A DNA stretch of 64,000 nt from Mytilus californianus (taxonomy: Eukaryota), in assembly GCF_021869535.1 (NCBI RefSeq), contig NW_026262667.1, positions 6,324,001 through 6,388,000 of the forward strand, in the 5' to 3' direction. The position numbers and the translations under genes were made by a program. How positions within the stretch are numbered: position 1 is the first letter of the stretch; each line of letters begins with the position of its first letter. The notes under the pieces were generated by a model. The model was not told the origin of the DNA. It worked only from the letters and a program-made list of their open reading frames with translations, and did no database searches. This document shows positions 1 through 12,567 of this stretch, one piece after another.

Positions 1-165
1 CACATTCATTCTGTATCAGAAACCTATGCTGTGTCAAATATTTAAATCACAATCCAAATTAAGTGCTGTATCAAGCGTTAATGTTGTGTCCATACTTGCC
101 CCAACTGTTCAGGGTTCAACCTCTGCAGTCGTATCAAGCTGCGCCCCAGCGGAGCATTTTATTAT
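1..165 (-). mobile_element. HINE/Helentron-like non-autonomous element, family D (end fragment)
   Basis: Reverse complement resembles 10620-10700 (GATACGA..GCAGAGG..CAACCCTGAACAGTTGGGGCAA..ATGGAC). Confidence 0.55.
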
Positions 166-538
166 GTTTATAAAGGGACATAACTTATGAACCATAAAAG
201 TGACACCACCCAATTTTGAACTTGATCTGTGTTTTGTGGTAATAAGCATTGTGTATAAGTTTTATAACATTTGGTTGAGGCAATCTAAAGTTAGAGAAAG
301 GAAACGAAAAATTCAGCAATTTTTATGTTTATAAAGGGGCATTACTCATGAAGGATAAAAGTGATGCCACTCAATTTTTAACTTGGATCTGTGTTTTGTG
401 GTAATAATCATTGTGTATAATTTTATAACACTTGGTTGAGGCAAACTGAAGTTAGAGAATGGAAACCAATTTTTGGAACGTACGGACGGGACGAACAAGG
501 GTAACACTTAATGCCTCCTCTGCTTCCACGGGGCATAA
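166..538 (+). mobile_element. HINE/Helentron-like element family A (satellite-bearing), partial
   Basis: Two ~140-bp core units (GGGACATAACT...GTGGTAATAAGCATTGTGTATAAGTT..CATAACATTTGGTTGAGGCAAACTAAAGTTAGAGA), an ACGG microsatellite and a terminal ATGCC...GGGCATAAAA hairpin. Confidence 0.7.
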
Positions 539-678
539 AAAAGCTTCCCAAACAAAAGATAAATGGTTGGTGCTGTATATATATATGAGTCTGTTTTTAG
601 TTTACAAGACTGATCCCTTTATGTTTAAAAAACCAACTTTTTAAAACATATTTGATCATATACAGTAAAAAACAAAAA

Positions 679-750
679 ACCAGATATAAAGAAGGTGTCA
701 TGGGCATATCTAGCAGGATGATGTTGTTGAGATTAGAAAAGTGCATCAAT
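679..750 (-). pseudogene. Degenerate partial duplicate of FARSA-B exon 7 (pseudo-exon)
   Basis: Minus strand reads [22 protein letters not shown] followed by G|GT. It has an in-frame TAA and lies about 56 bp downstream of the real exon 7 donor. Confidence 0.75.
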
Positions 751-807
751 ATATTAATTAAACTGTAATGTATTTATTTATGTGTGAGTGTGTCTGTGTA
801 AGTTTAC

Positions 808-2939
808 CTGATATGAAGAAGGTGTCATGGGCGTCTCTGGCAGGGTGTTGCTGAGGCTGGAAGAGTGCATCAAAATTCCAGAAACTACTTTCTATGAAGT
901 TATTTGTTGGCATCTCTGTAAACCTTGTAAAATAGAAATGATATAAATGATCAGCCTACAAACACTCAAATTCAATTGAAGATAACATTCCATCTCTATA
1001 CATGCTAGTTCAAAAAGGTATTACAGTCTGCAGGAAGACATCTCACCTTACCTTGAAACATTATTTTATCCCCACTAGTCTTTGCTCTTACTCCTTAATG
1101 CTGCATGCTTAGTGGAGAAGCAACAAATTCTAATTCTCAAGTCTTTAGCTTGACCAAGCCTGGAATTGATCTCATACCTCTCATACTCAAGGTGGGCACT
1201 CTACCAAGAGACCATTGAGGCATGTTTTAAGGTCATATCCAAAATTGTACCTCGAGTCTTATACACACTTTTAATACGAAGAATGTATATGCATACATTT
1301 TTATAGAATATTAAATGTTGCCTTCACGTAACATCTACTAAACTTACTATTCTTCCCTATAATACCTGTATTTAAAATTGGTAGGTGAGAAATGTACAGA
1401 CTTATGCTTGTTAATTACAATACTAACCCCATCTCTAAGAAGATTTGTCTGTATTCTGTCCTGACTTTCAGTAATGGATGGAGATGTCCAGCATCTGGTG
1501 GTATACCTAAAGCATCCATATCATATGACTTGAACTTCTTATCTCTCCAGGTACCACTGTAAATAACACAAAGTTAAAAATCAAAACACCATCAGGTGTA
1601 ACCCAGCAAACTAGAGAGAACTTTTTTGTTTTAATTAGAAACAATTCTTACTGAGGTTATTATTAAGGTCATTACAAAGTATAAAGAAACAGTATATTTA
1701 CATCAAAAATTTGAATACAAATATATCTTTTATAAAACTATTTGAAATATTGATCTGGTTTATCTAGAAATAAGAATTATCGAGTGATCTGTTTACCAGG
1801 CAATTCGTTTGAAAATACCATGATGTGTTATGGTGACATAATTTGTAGTTAAATTAAAATTACTGCAAAAGTGAGTGTGCTAGACATATTTTAGCCTAGG
1901 TTATATATCTCTTACTTAGCAATCATCTCTGGAGTTAATTCTGTTTCTAGTCTCTCTATATCTAGTGTAAACATCTCTCCCTTGCTAACTTTATATACTG
2001 TCATTTTACTGAAAAGTAACAAAGTTTTATAATAAATCGTATTTACTTTTATGAAGAGCAAAAATGGATTATATTTGGTCATTCTTCCAAAACTACTAGA
2101 AAAAATATTTTTGCATTGCACAGCCTTATCTGTATTCAAATAAAGATTCTCTGTTTATCATAAAGCTTTACATCTTATAACAAGTAAATCGTGAATCTTA
2201 AGAAATTGCCAGTATGTCCTTCTGTTGTCTACTTATTCTCAACAGAGGCTTATCCTAAAAGTAGCAAAACTTGTAAATTAGGAACAAAAATTAGACCCTA
2301 CCAAAAATCTGTAAAAAGTGTATAGGAAACCTAAAATAAGCAGAAACTGAGATATGTAATATAATATTAAATTAAAAGATATGATTAGAGATGTATGTTA
2401 AACTTACCCTTCATTGATGAGCTTTCTTTTCTTACATTCTGTTTTTTGTTCATCAGATAGATCATTGATGTTACCTGTCTGTACTTTCTTTAACATACTT
2501 TGTATTTTATCATCTATTCTATCAATCTTCAAAAAACAAAACATCATTACTAACAGAAAAGATGAACAAGGTAAGTTTAATTTGGTATTTTTCATTTTCT
2601 CATTTCTCACACATATTAATTTCTTTAATTGCTTTTTATTTTTATTTATTTTTTAAGCCTCTCATTTACTTAATATGTATATATATATATACATAAATTG
2701 AGGTAAATTATATGGCCTTCCAAATACCGTTTCGATTCCTAACATCACTGAAGAGACATTGATTGTGGAAATCCGGATATGGTGTACAAATTTTTGTACT
2801 TTTTTGGTCTTTTGAAAAATGTTGTTTGTGCTGTATTTAGACCCCTCTACCAAGAAATTTGTTTTGCATGCACACGTATAAAAATTGCGGTTTTTATCCA
2901 ACGCAATCATAGGTTTGAACATTGTTTTCAATTTAGACT

Positions 2940-2974
<35 letters not shown>

Positions 2975-5900
2975 AAGCTTGTAATGTTTGAATATTTCAC
3001 AAAAGACATTCGAAGTAGACTCAAGAAATTGGTATATTTTATCTTTTCCAACTGAGCAGTTAAATGGAGAAGAATGTCATTTATATAATTGTAACTTACC
3101 TTCCTATACACCTTTTGGTTATTAATTTCTATCCATTTCTCCTGCATTGCCTTACTGAAACCAATTTCACCGTACTGAGGAACAGATTTCTGTAGGAAAA
3201 TTTCATACAATATATCATTTCATCCAGTGAATAGAAATATTATGTATGCTTGAATCATGTATTTGATAAAGTTTAATGCAAGCAATTTACAAAATAAGAA
3301 CAAAACAAGGGCAAAGAATAATCAGAACATTCCATAACAATCTCACACAATTTCAGATTGCTTTTTTTGCCATAATGCTATCAGCTGAGTTTTACTTTAA
3401 AAAAAATTAAGACCTTCCAATGACCAACGTTAGGGCATTGCTTTATAAGACTGAATTCAAGATTTGTGCTCAATGATACCTATAATCTCTAATCACATTA
3501 GTCAAGCAGTTACCTTGAAATAAATTCAATACAATAACATACAATAACATACCAGTAGTTCCTCTCTAGTGATACCCTGTTGTGGTACAGCATTATATAC
3601 CCTGGCCTCGTGACTTCCATACTTAGCTACAACTTCTCCTTCATCACTTAACTGCCATCTTGTTTTATTTATAGGTTCTGCATTTATAATCTAAGAACAA
3701 AATTTAAACTTTGGAGTTACAAGATAATTATGTTTATTCATTATAAGTATATCTATAAAAAGAAGCTTTAAGACAGTACAATATAATTTGATTTGATTTG
3801 TTTGTTTGTTACGTTTTCTTTCTTTTTTGTGTGTAAACTTTGGATCTGATTTTAAATCTTATGTGTAACATGATTTCAAGATATGCAAATAAAAACGTTA
3901 ATTTCATTATAACAAAGGGTGGATGAGCCTTGTCAGACTGTCAGACATACATATATACCTCACAAAGATTCTATAAATTATTCATGCTATTGCTAATCCA
4001 ACTGAAAAAAGCAAACATGGGTCTCATTTTCTGAAATATTTGTCAAATGAAAGACAAGGACAGAGTGGACACATATACATTTTTTATAATATTTTATTTA
4101 TATTTTTTAATATTTTTTAATATTTTGTTAATAGATATTCCACAAATGACAATAATCAATTTTATGGTCATATCACAAAAAGATAAAATTTTGGAGGTTA
4201 ACACAATCCAACTAGGGTTTAGATTACAAATTGCTTCATGATATCAATATGGTCAAATTTGTCAAATTCAATAGAATAATTTTTCTGTAGTGTCAAGAAT
4301 ATCTAAATCAAAACTAGACCAAAAGCAAGTTTTACAGATATATAACACAAGCAAGACAAATTTACAGTCTTATGAAAAATAACTAAAACTCTACAGCAAT
4401 GAAAAAACAAGTCTTGTAAAATTACCTTCTTCAGTCACTTAGTGACAGGAGTATAAAAGTAACTGAATTATTAATCTTAGTCTTTATACCCTCTTTATCC
4501 AACAAATAAAGTACAAGTTATCTAACATCTGGGTAAGTTTATTAATTGTATATTCTATCTAACTTACTATTTTAAATTGACAACCCCTTGCTGCAATTTT
4601 TATTATATTTCCTTAAATATATCATTTAATAATCATACTAGGGACACTAGGCCAAGAACATTACTGCTTAAAAAAAGGAATTGTATTTGATTAAAATAAA
4701 ATCAGAGCATATGCCATTGTTTTGGACCTACCAAATATGCATACTTTTTCAAGAGATAACTGTTCTCTTATATCATACTTGTGTATTTCTTTTTCGCCAG
4801 TTGAAAGTTTAAACAAATTTTAATCACAATTTGGTAGAATATGTATCAAATTATAAAAAATATATGTATTTAAATTTTCCAACTTCCATGAAACACTTTT
4901 TCCTTAAAAGTTCAAATAGAGATCAGTAATTCAAAAACATGACGGACCATACTCAACAGTTTGCATAATCAATTATAAAAATATACAACTGGATAATAAA
5001 TCGTCATATAAATGATAAAAAAAGAATTATATGGTTCAAAACACAAACTCTGTTTAAGAACTTATAACACCTCATATCTTTTCTACAAAATTACACTATA
5101 TAACTATAGTATTTCTTAAAAGTTTAAAATTCATTTTAATAGAATGCATTCCTTGAACATAAGTTCTTTGTATTTGAAATATTGCATGGATTTATATTTA
5201 GAATAAGTTGCCTATTGACAAGTATAATCAATGTCCTGGATTTTTTGTTCTATAAATAGAACTCTAGTAGATTTAAATTTCTTAAAAACAAGACATAAGA
5301 GGAAAGCTTCTATCTTTTGTTTGAACATTTAAATAAAATCAATACAATTCAAAATCTGACGACTTGATATATCACATAACAATTAACAGTTTTTGGTTAT
5401 TCCACTTTATGAACAGAAAGATATCATTTTGAGACAATTTGACTACAAGACAAAAGAGTTTTTAATCTTATTTTTACTAATGAACTTGATGCCAGAATTG
5501 TAATGAAGTCCTGTTTCAAACTATGATTTTTTTTCAAATAAAAGGTGGAAACAGTTTTTAGTCAAACTACTGGAGAAACAAAAACTTAAGCTCTATTTTT
5601 TTCAATAAATATCTCATAAAATATGTGCAAGTTAGCTAAATATCTAATCTATTAGGTAAGGGGATTTCAGCCATTCACAGAAATATCTGGAGCACTTTCA
5701 GTTAAATATCACAAGATTGGTACAAGCAATGTTCTTGGAATAGAAGCAATTCAGTGATATTCAGAGTTTCCTACTATTAAAGATGTGAACAAAAAACAAA
5801 CCCACAACACCAAGTAGGGATCAGTAACATATAGTCAACCTATGGTTTATCAGCACAAATGTGCAAAGGAAAAATCACTATTTCTGGAAATATTTTCAGA

Positions 5901-6292
5901 AATATAAATTCTCTTAATTGTTCCAGATGGTAGAAAAAAACTTGCTACTGGATCATTTTATGAAGTATGAAAACAGAAAAAGGTATTTCAGTCACTTTTA
6001 ATTTTTTCTCTCCATTCCTCTAATTTTAATAATTTATCAAGTTAGATACTCTTTTCCTTGTCATGAAGAAAATATTAAATATAAACAAATGATGCAACTT
6101 TGGGGAAATTAACTTACCAAATAATGTATTGTATACTTTGCATAAATATCTTACCCCATAATGTGTCTGTAAACTTTTGATTGCTCCAACAATTTTTTGG
6201 TGATCTTCTTGCAATTCTCGAGCTAAATCTTCAGAGTTTACAATATTTTTCTCTTTCAGAGCTAACAACAACCTGCCTTGTAGGTCTGCCAT
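808..6292 (-). CDS. FARSA: Phenylalanine--tRNA ligase alpha subunit, paralog B (exons 1-7 visible; 3' part lies outside the window)
   Basis: Exons (minus): 6155-6292, 3553-3690, 3100-3189, 2408-2526, 1916-2008, 1428-1556, 808-923. All are GT-AG with consistent phases and no stops. Translation runs [10 protein letters not shown]...[14 protein letters not shown]...[16 protein letters not shown]...IGFSKAM...TELTPEMIA...[59 protein letters not shown], matching eukaryotic FARSA. Intron positions equal those of paralog A. Confidence 0.9.
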
Positions 6293-6883
6293 AGTCTTAT
6301 GATTGCTTCACTTTAATTTTCAGCTATGTTAAATTCCAAGTATTTTGGGATTTCTGCTTTCTCTTTAGAAAACCACATGTATGACTAACTTTAAGAAATC
6401 AATAGTATGATGCAATATTTTTTTCAAATATTACTTCCTCTTTTATTGTTTTAAAAAAGATATAAAATGACTTAAAATTTATCTGTGACACATGTTTTGC
6501 CCCTCTTCCTGTCACTTTTGCTTCTTAATGGATAACTTAAGTCTTGTAAGTATAAATGTATGTGTTTTGCACTTTCACTATTTGTCCTTTTTCAAAGAAG
6601 TCTTAAGTTCCTCGAATTAATAACTGGGGTTGAATTACAAGTAAGATTGAGATTTTTGAAATCAGCTACCTGATCATTGAGAAACCACCTTTCAAATGCT
6701 TGTACCTACATGAACTATGATGTTAAAACTTTATTTCTAAATAGCAAAGGGGGGGATTTTTTTTCATAAAGTTGATGACAGATAGATTGAGGATGGATAT
6801 ACCAAGTAATTAGAACAAGAGTCTCCCAAGAGCCCGAATTGATTCATTTGTTTTGGAACAATAAGTCCTCTCAGGGGTAGATT

Positions 6884-7119
6884 CTAAGAAAAGACAAACA
6901 TGACATGACAAAGGTAGCTCTTTGATGGACACCTGCAGAGGGGAAAAGAAAGAGAGGGAGACCAAAAGAAACATGGTGATGCACAATATAGAGTGAACTG
7001 AGAATCATGGGAATGACATGGGGAAAGGCAGAAAGAAAGGCACAAGACAGGCAACAGTGGAGGGTGTTGGTAGTGGCCTCATGTGCAAGTACGCACGAAG
7101 AGGATAAGTGAGTAAGTGA
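6884..7119 (+). mobile_element. 5'-truncated RTE-clade LINE 3' end with 10-bp target-site duplication
   Basis: Encodes WTPAEGKRKRGRPKETW...MGMTWGKAERKAQDRQQWRVLVVA, a typical RTE ORF C-terminus. Tail (TAAGTGAG)n. TSD GGGGTAGATT at 6874-6883 and 7120-7129. Confidence 0.75.
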
Positions 7120-7642
7120 GGGGTAGATTGATAATTTCAACCTTATTGACTTATTTGTAGATCAAATTTTGCTGAACATTTATGCAAAAAATTCATAAAA
7201 TGGGTAAAAATGGTCATTCAGGGGCAAAAATTCCTTTATAACTTTGGCAATGTTTTACTTATTTGTAGATCTTCTTGTGCTTAACACCTTTGCATTTTAC
7301 AATTTCTGCAAAAATGCAAAAAATAAGTCAAGTTAGTCTTTCAAGAGCAAGAACTCCTATAAGAGGTCAATTGATGATTAATCGATGTGGACTCATTTGT
7401 TGATCATATTCTGTTGAATATTTTTCCTATCAAAAGATTCTCTCTACCAAATATAGTTTCACAAAAATTGCAAAAAGGGTAAAAATCATTATTAAAATCC
7501 AATAACTCCTATAAGGGGTCATTTGAAAATTTCTGTCAAGTTGAAGTATTAGTAGATCTGATTGATCAGGTCATTTTTAGTGTTTAAACTTTCTCTTTAT
7601 CTATTATTGTTTTCAAGATAATAAAAAAATAAATTGTTGATA

Positions 7643-8771
7643 GTGTCCCCATGTGGACACAGATGATGCCCCCGCTTGCATATCATATAGTTATACAGGG
7701 ACATAACTGAAGAACAGTAAAAGTGACGCTACCCAAATTTGAACTTGATCGGAGATTTGTGGTAATAAGCATTGTGTGTAAGTCTCATAACATTTGGTTG
7801 AGGCTAACTTAAGTAGAGAACAGAAACTAAAAATTCAGCAATTTTTCTATTTGTAAACACGCATAACACTAGAATGGTTGTGTATAAGTTTTATAACATT
7901 TGGTTGAGACAAACTAAAGTTAGAGAGCGGAAACGAAAAATTCAGCAATTTTTATGTTTATAAAGGGACATAACTCAAGAATGGTAAAAGTGTTGCCTCC
8001 AAATTTCATACTTAATCTGTATTATGTAGTAAGTTTCATAACATTTGGTTAAGGCAAACTAAAGTTAGAAAACGGAAACAAAAAATTTGTACTTGACCTT
8101 AGTTTCGTGGTAATGAATATTGTGTATAGATTCCATAATGTTTGGTTGGGGCAAACTTAAGTTACAGAATGGAAACTAAAAATTTAGCAATCTTTCAATT
8201 TCTCAAGGGGCATAACTCAATAATGGTTAAAGTGACACTACCCAAATTCAACTTGATCATGGAAGTCAAAATTAAACATTGCATTGTATAAAGCATTGAT
8301 TGTAGTTGATTCAACTATAATGATGGACAAAGGAAGATAACTCCAATTTCAAAAATTGATATATAGAAGAAAATAAAAATTTTGCAATTTTTCCATCTAT
8401 AAAGGGGCATAACTCTAGAATGGTTAAAGTGATGCTACCAAAATTCAAACTTGATCTGTGTTTTGTGGTAATAAGCATTGTGTATAAGTTTCATAACATT
8501 TGGTTGAGGCAAACTTAAGTTAGAGAACGGAAACTAAAAATTTTGCAATTTTTCCATTTATAAAGGGGCAAAACTCTAGAACGGTTAAAGTGACGCCACC
8601 AAAATTCAATCTTGATCTGTGTTTTGTGGTAATAAGCATTGTGTATAAGCTTCATAACATTTGGTTGAGGCAAACTCAAGTTAGAGAACGGAAACCAATT
8701 TTGGGACGTACGTACGTACAGACGGACAAGGGTAAAACTTAATGCCCCCACCACTACGGCGGGGGCATAAA
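7643..8771 (+). mobile_element. HINE-like family A element with multi-unit ~140-bp core array
   Basis: Left hairpin GTGTCC..GGACAC plus ATGCCCC, several degenerate core units, an ACGT/ACGG microsatellite and a right hairpin ATGCCCCC...GGGGGCATAAA. Confidence 0.75.
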
Positions 8772-9072
8772 TACTGAAATTTGCAAAAAAATAAAATGAC
8801 ATTTTAGGGGCAATAATTCATAAATGGGTTGTCAATTTTTTTTCTCGAAATTCTGCAGGATATCGACCTTGATCACCTGATAAATTTTACTAATTAAAAA
8901 TTTGCTCTAATTGCTTTAGTGTTTAAGATATAAGCCCAAAACTGCACTTTACTCCATTTTCTATATTTAGCAATACTGGCCATTTTTGATGATGCATCTA
9001 AATTTATGGTGATTCATGATTGATGCCAAGTGAAGGCAAAAGCTCTTGCGGCCTTTAAGGGCTGGTGAGCTT

Positions 9073-10376
9073 AAACAAGAGGCTCCCAAGTGCCTGAATG
9101 GCTCACCTGGCAAAAAATATGCCATTTTAATATTTATTTTTTTCCTTCATTGCAACTACATTTTGTAGTTATATAGCAATAAGTTAATCCAACTTTCATG
9201 GGAATAACTCCCATTAGCCATCAATTGACAACTTTGGCCAAATTGACTTATTATTAGATCTCATTTTGCTGAACACTTTTGTGTTAACAATTTCTCTCTA
9301 TTTATTATAGTTTCTATCAAAACACATAAACAAATGAGTACATTATGTTCTTAAATTATAAACGGACATAACTGAAGAACGGTAAAAGTGACTCTACCCA
9401 AATTTGTTATCGATCTGAGTTTTGTAGTAATAAGTATTGTGCATAAGTTTCATAACATTTGGTTGAGGCAAACTTAAGTTTAAGAACAGAAACGAAAAAT
9501 TCAGCAATTTTTCCTTTTGTAAAGGGGCATAACTCTGGAACGGTTAAAGTGACACCACCAAAATTCAAACTTGATCTGTATTTTGTGGTAATAAGTATTG
9601 TGTATAAGTTCCATAACATTTGGTTAGGGCAAACAAAAAATTCAGCAATTTTTACAATTGTAAAGGGGCATAACTCTAGAACGGTTAAAGTGATGCCACC
9701 AAAATTCAAACTTGATCTGTGTTTTGTGGTAATAAGCATTGTTTATAACATTTGGTTGAGGCAAACTAAAGTTAGAGAACGGAAACCAACTTTGGGGCGT
9801 ACGGACAAAGGTAAAACTTAATGCCCCCTCCACTACGGCGGGGGCGTAAAAATTACATATCAGGGGCAATAACTGGGTTTTCTGAAAATTCTGCTGGAGA
9901 TAAACCTTGACCTGCTGATCAATTCTTCCTTGTCAGATTTGCTCTAACTGCTTTAGTTTTTGAGATATAAGCCAATACTAAAAATTGACATTCCAGGGGC
10001 AATAAATCCTAAATGAATTGTCTTAATTTTTCTGAAAATTCCACAGGTGATAGACCTGGACCTGCTGATGATTTTTATCCATGTTAGATTTGCTCTAACT
10101 GCTTTAGTTTTTTTTTTTTAGATATATGCAAAAAATTGCATTATACCTCCATGTTCTATTTTAAGTAACAGCAGCCATGTTTGATGATGGATCACATTCC
10201 TGGATACAATTTTATGAGTAGATACCCTAAGTTACATTAAATTAAGTTTGGTAACATTTGGCAAAGATTTCAGAGAAGATGATTTTTTTAAACATTTACG
10301 ACGAAGGACAGACAGAAGATGACAACGGACCCCAAGTGATGACAAAAATTGCCTTTTAGGCCAGGTGAGCTAAAAA
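9073..10376 (+). mobile_element. HINE-like family C, copy 2 (contains family A insertion at about 9352-9851)
   Basis: Starts AACAAGAGGCTCCCAAG..GCTCACCTGG and ends CCAGGTGAGCTAAAAA. Family A core units lie inside. Confidence 0.6.
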
Positions 10377-10601
10377 GTAACTGAATTTGGATTGAGATGT
10401 AGGATTTGAAGCAAAGATTCCGGAATATCTTTACAACAGCATACTAACTCTAAATGTTTAGATTTAGTAATTCATCACAGAACGAAACAGTGATTGATAC
10501 TTATAATAATCCTTTAAGGGCATATGAAAAAGAAAACATCTCCCATTCATTTTTCCTTTTAATTTTTACACAAAGTCAATTTTGATTGGCACTATCGAAA
10601 T

Positions 10602-11047
10602 ATGATAAGATAAATTGCTTCGCCGATACGAACGCAGAGGTCCAACCCTGAACAGTTGGGGCAAAAATGGACGCAATATTCGCGCTTGATACAGGTCTGA
10701 ATTTGGATTGTTAATAAATATTTGACACATAAAAGGTTTCTGACACAGAATAACTGTAGTCAAAGAACTTAGAATTGGTTATATGATTTGAATTTATATT
10801 CATTTTTTGCTTTTGTGCAATACACTTTGCTGTTGCGAATTGACCCCCCTCCCCCCACAAAAAAAAAAAATAAATTTACCCCCCTTTTTTTTGTGGTATT
10901 GAAACTTATGATAAAATTTCATAGAGATCCATTCACTTAAACTAAAGTTATTGTGCGAAAACCAATGTGTCTTCGGACGACGACAATGACGACGATGCCA
11001 ACGTCATACCAATATACGACTGCAAAATTTTTTGCGGTCGTATAAAA
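10602..11047 (+). mobile_element. HINE-like family D element
   Basis: Similar to 1-165. Has (GAC)n microsatellite and terminal hairpin ATACGACTGCA...TGCGGTCGTATAAAAA. Confidence 0.55.
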
Positions 11048-12567
11048 AATATACATTAATGACTTACATTCAGTTTGAAATTTGCATGATACATGCATAA
11101 AAATAAAATTTGATTTTTTCCCGGAAAAAATAACACAACTTAGAAACAGAAAGTGATATTTTCACAAGGTTTTTTGCTAAGTGTTCATTCTATAGGCCTT
11201 TAAGAAAGTCCCTTATATGATGACTCAATGCAATAAAACATTTGTGAAATACAATTACTGGATATGAAAAGCTGTAGACATTTTTCTGGCCAATAGAAAT
11301 GTATATAAAAAAAATTCAATATTTGATTTTTCTTACAATTTCAATATTACATTCCTAAAGTAGAATTTAGTCGATTGCAATAGAAATAGAAATGGGGGCT
11401 TATATACTCATTTTTGAGCTAGAAATAGAAAAACCTTATTTTTCAATGCTGGAGATCTCATTTCCCTTTTCTGGCACTATATCACATTGCATTGTATTCT
11501 TTATGTAACTTCATCGTGCAGCTTTCCCCTCCGTACATTAAATCGTTAAACCAATAGCTGTCATATACAAACTTATTGATGATAGAAACATATGCAGTCT
11601 TCATGTGACTCAAATTTTATTACCTGCCCTTGCTACTGTATCATATGCCCTTGAGGTAAAATACTTTATGGCCACATGTTTGAATGAAGACAGGGATAGA
11701 CAGAAACCACTATACCTGATTTTTAAATCTCTGTGCCATTACCTTAATATGTCTATCATTGACAGGCTTATAAAATGCAGTCTCAAGTAACAAGAAACAT
11801 AGCAATGATATTGCACAACTTTTATTCATACATTCATAAAGTAAGATTACAGCATTTACCAAATCGGTGGTTTCACTGTGCTACTTAAGACCACAGATTT
11901 TAATAGTTGGTTTATTGATACTTTTTCTGATCAAAATAATGTCGGAAACTTGGCTGGTCTGTCAGTAGAAAATATTAATTAACATGATTTCTCTTGAAAA
12001 AAAAATCAACATTCTACAGACTTTTGGCTTTGAACCTTTCTGATAAGACATAAACTTTTAACTGCATAAGAAAACATTGGCAACATATTTAAACTGATAC
12101 TGATATACCAAGGTAAATAACATGTACTTGAGTTGCTTTTGGGAGGGGTGGGGGTGGTCAATTTCTTCTTCATATTTTATATGATGAGGAAGATTCTTTA
12201 TCTCATTATTTTTTATAAGATGCAATTATGGCACATGATTATAACTCTTGACAGGAAAAGGTGTGTCACGTACATAAGTCACAATTAAATACAATGTGTT
12301 TCATCTTTAGATAAAGTTGCCAAGTATTAATCCTTTTTTCCAAACTATAAATCAGTATAAAGCCAATTACAGTTGTTAGTACAAATAGGTTCAATGGAAT
12401 TTAAAAAGACATCAATACCAAAGAAGGCTGACGAGTTACACAAACATGACCCAGTGTATTATTTCTGCCATTTTTTTATACCAGGTAAAATAGGTACTGA
12501 ATTGGTCTGAATTTGCTATCACATGATTCATTTAGATCTAATAAATTAATATAAAACTAATCGTACA

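Larger units (their letters stand above)
6814..9073 (+). mobile_element. HINE-like element family C, copy 1 (hosts RTE and family A insertions)
   Basis: Begins AACAAGAGTCTCCCAAG and ends GGTGAGCTTAAA. The same termini recur in the adjacent copy at 9073-10376. Confidence 0.55.

Noticed and set aside
2673-2971. Segment flanked by (TA)n tracts as a MITE
   Set aside because: No convincing terminal inverted repeats were found, so it is left unclassified.
2662-3210. 182-aa ORF on the minus strand
   Set aside because: Only 3100-3189 is a real FARSA-B exon. The rest is read-through into intron and (TA)n microsatellite (YIYI runs).
8515-9869. Mutually similar ORFs (also 14323-14580, 31514-31780, 459-644)
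   Set aside because: They are translations of the non-coding family A core repeat on both strands.
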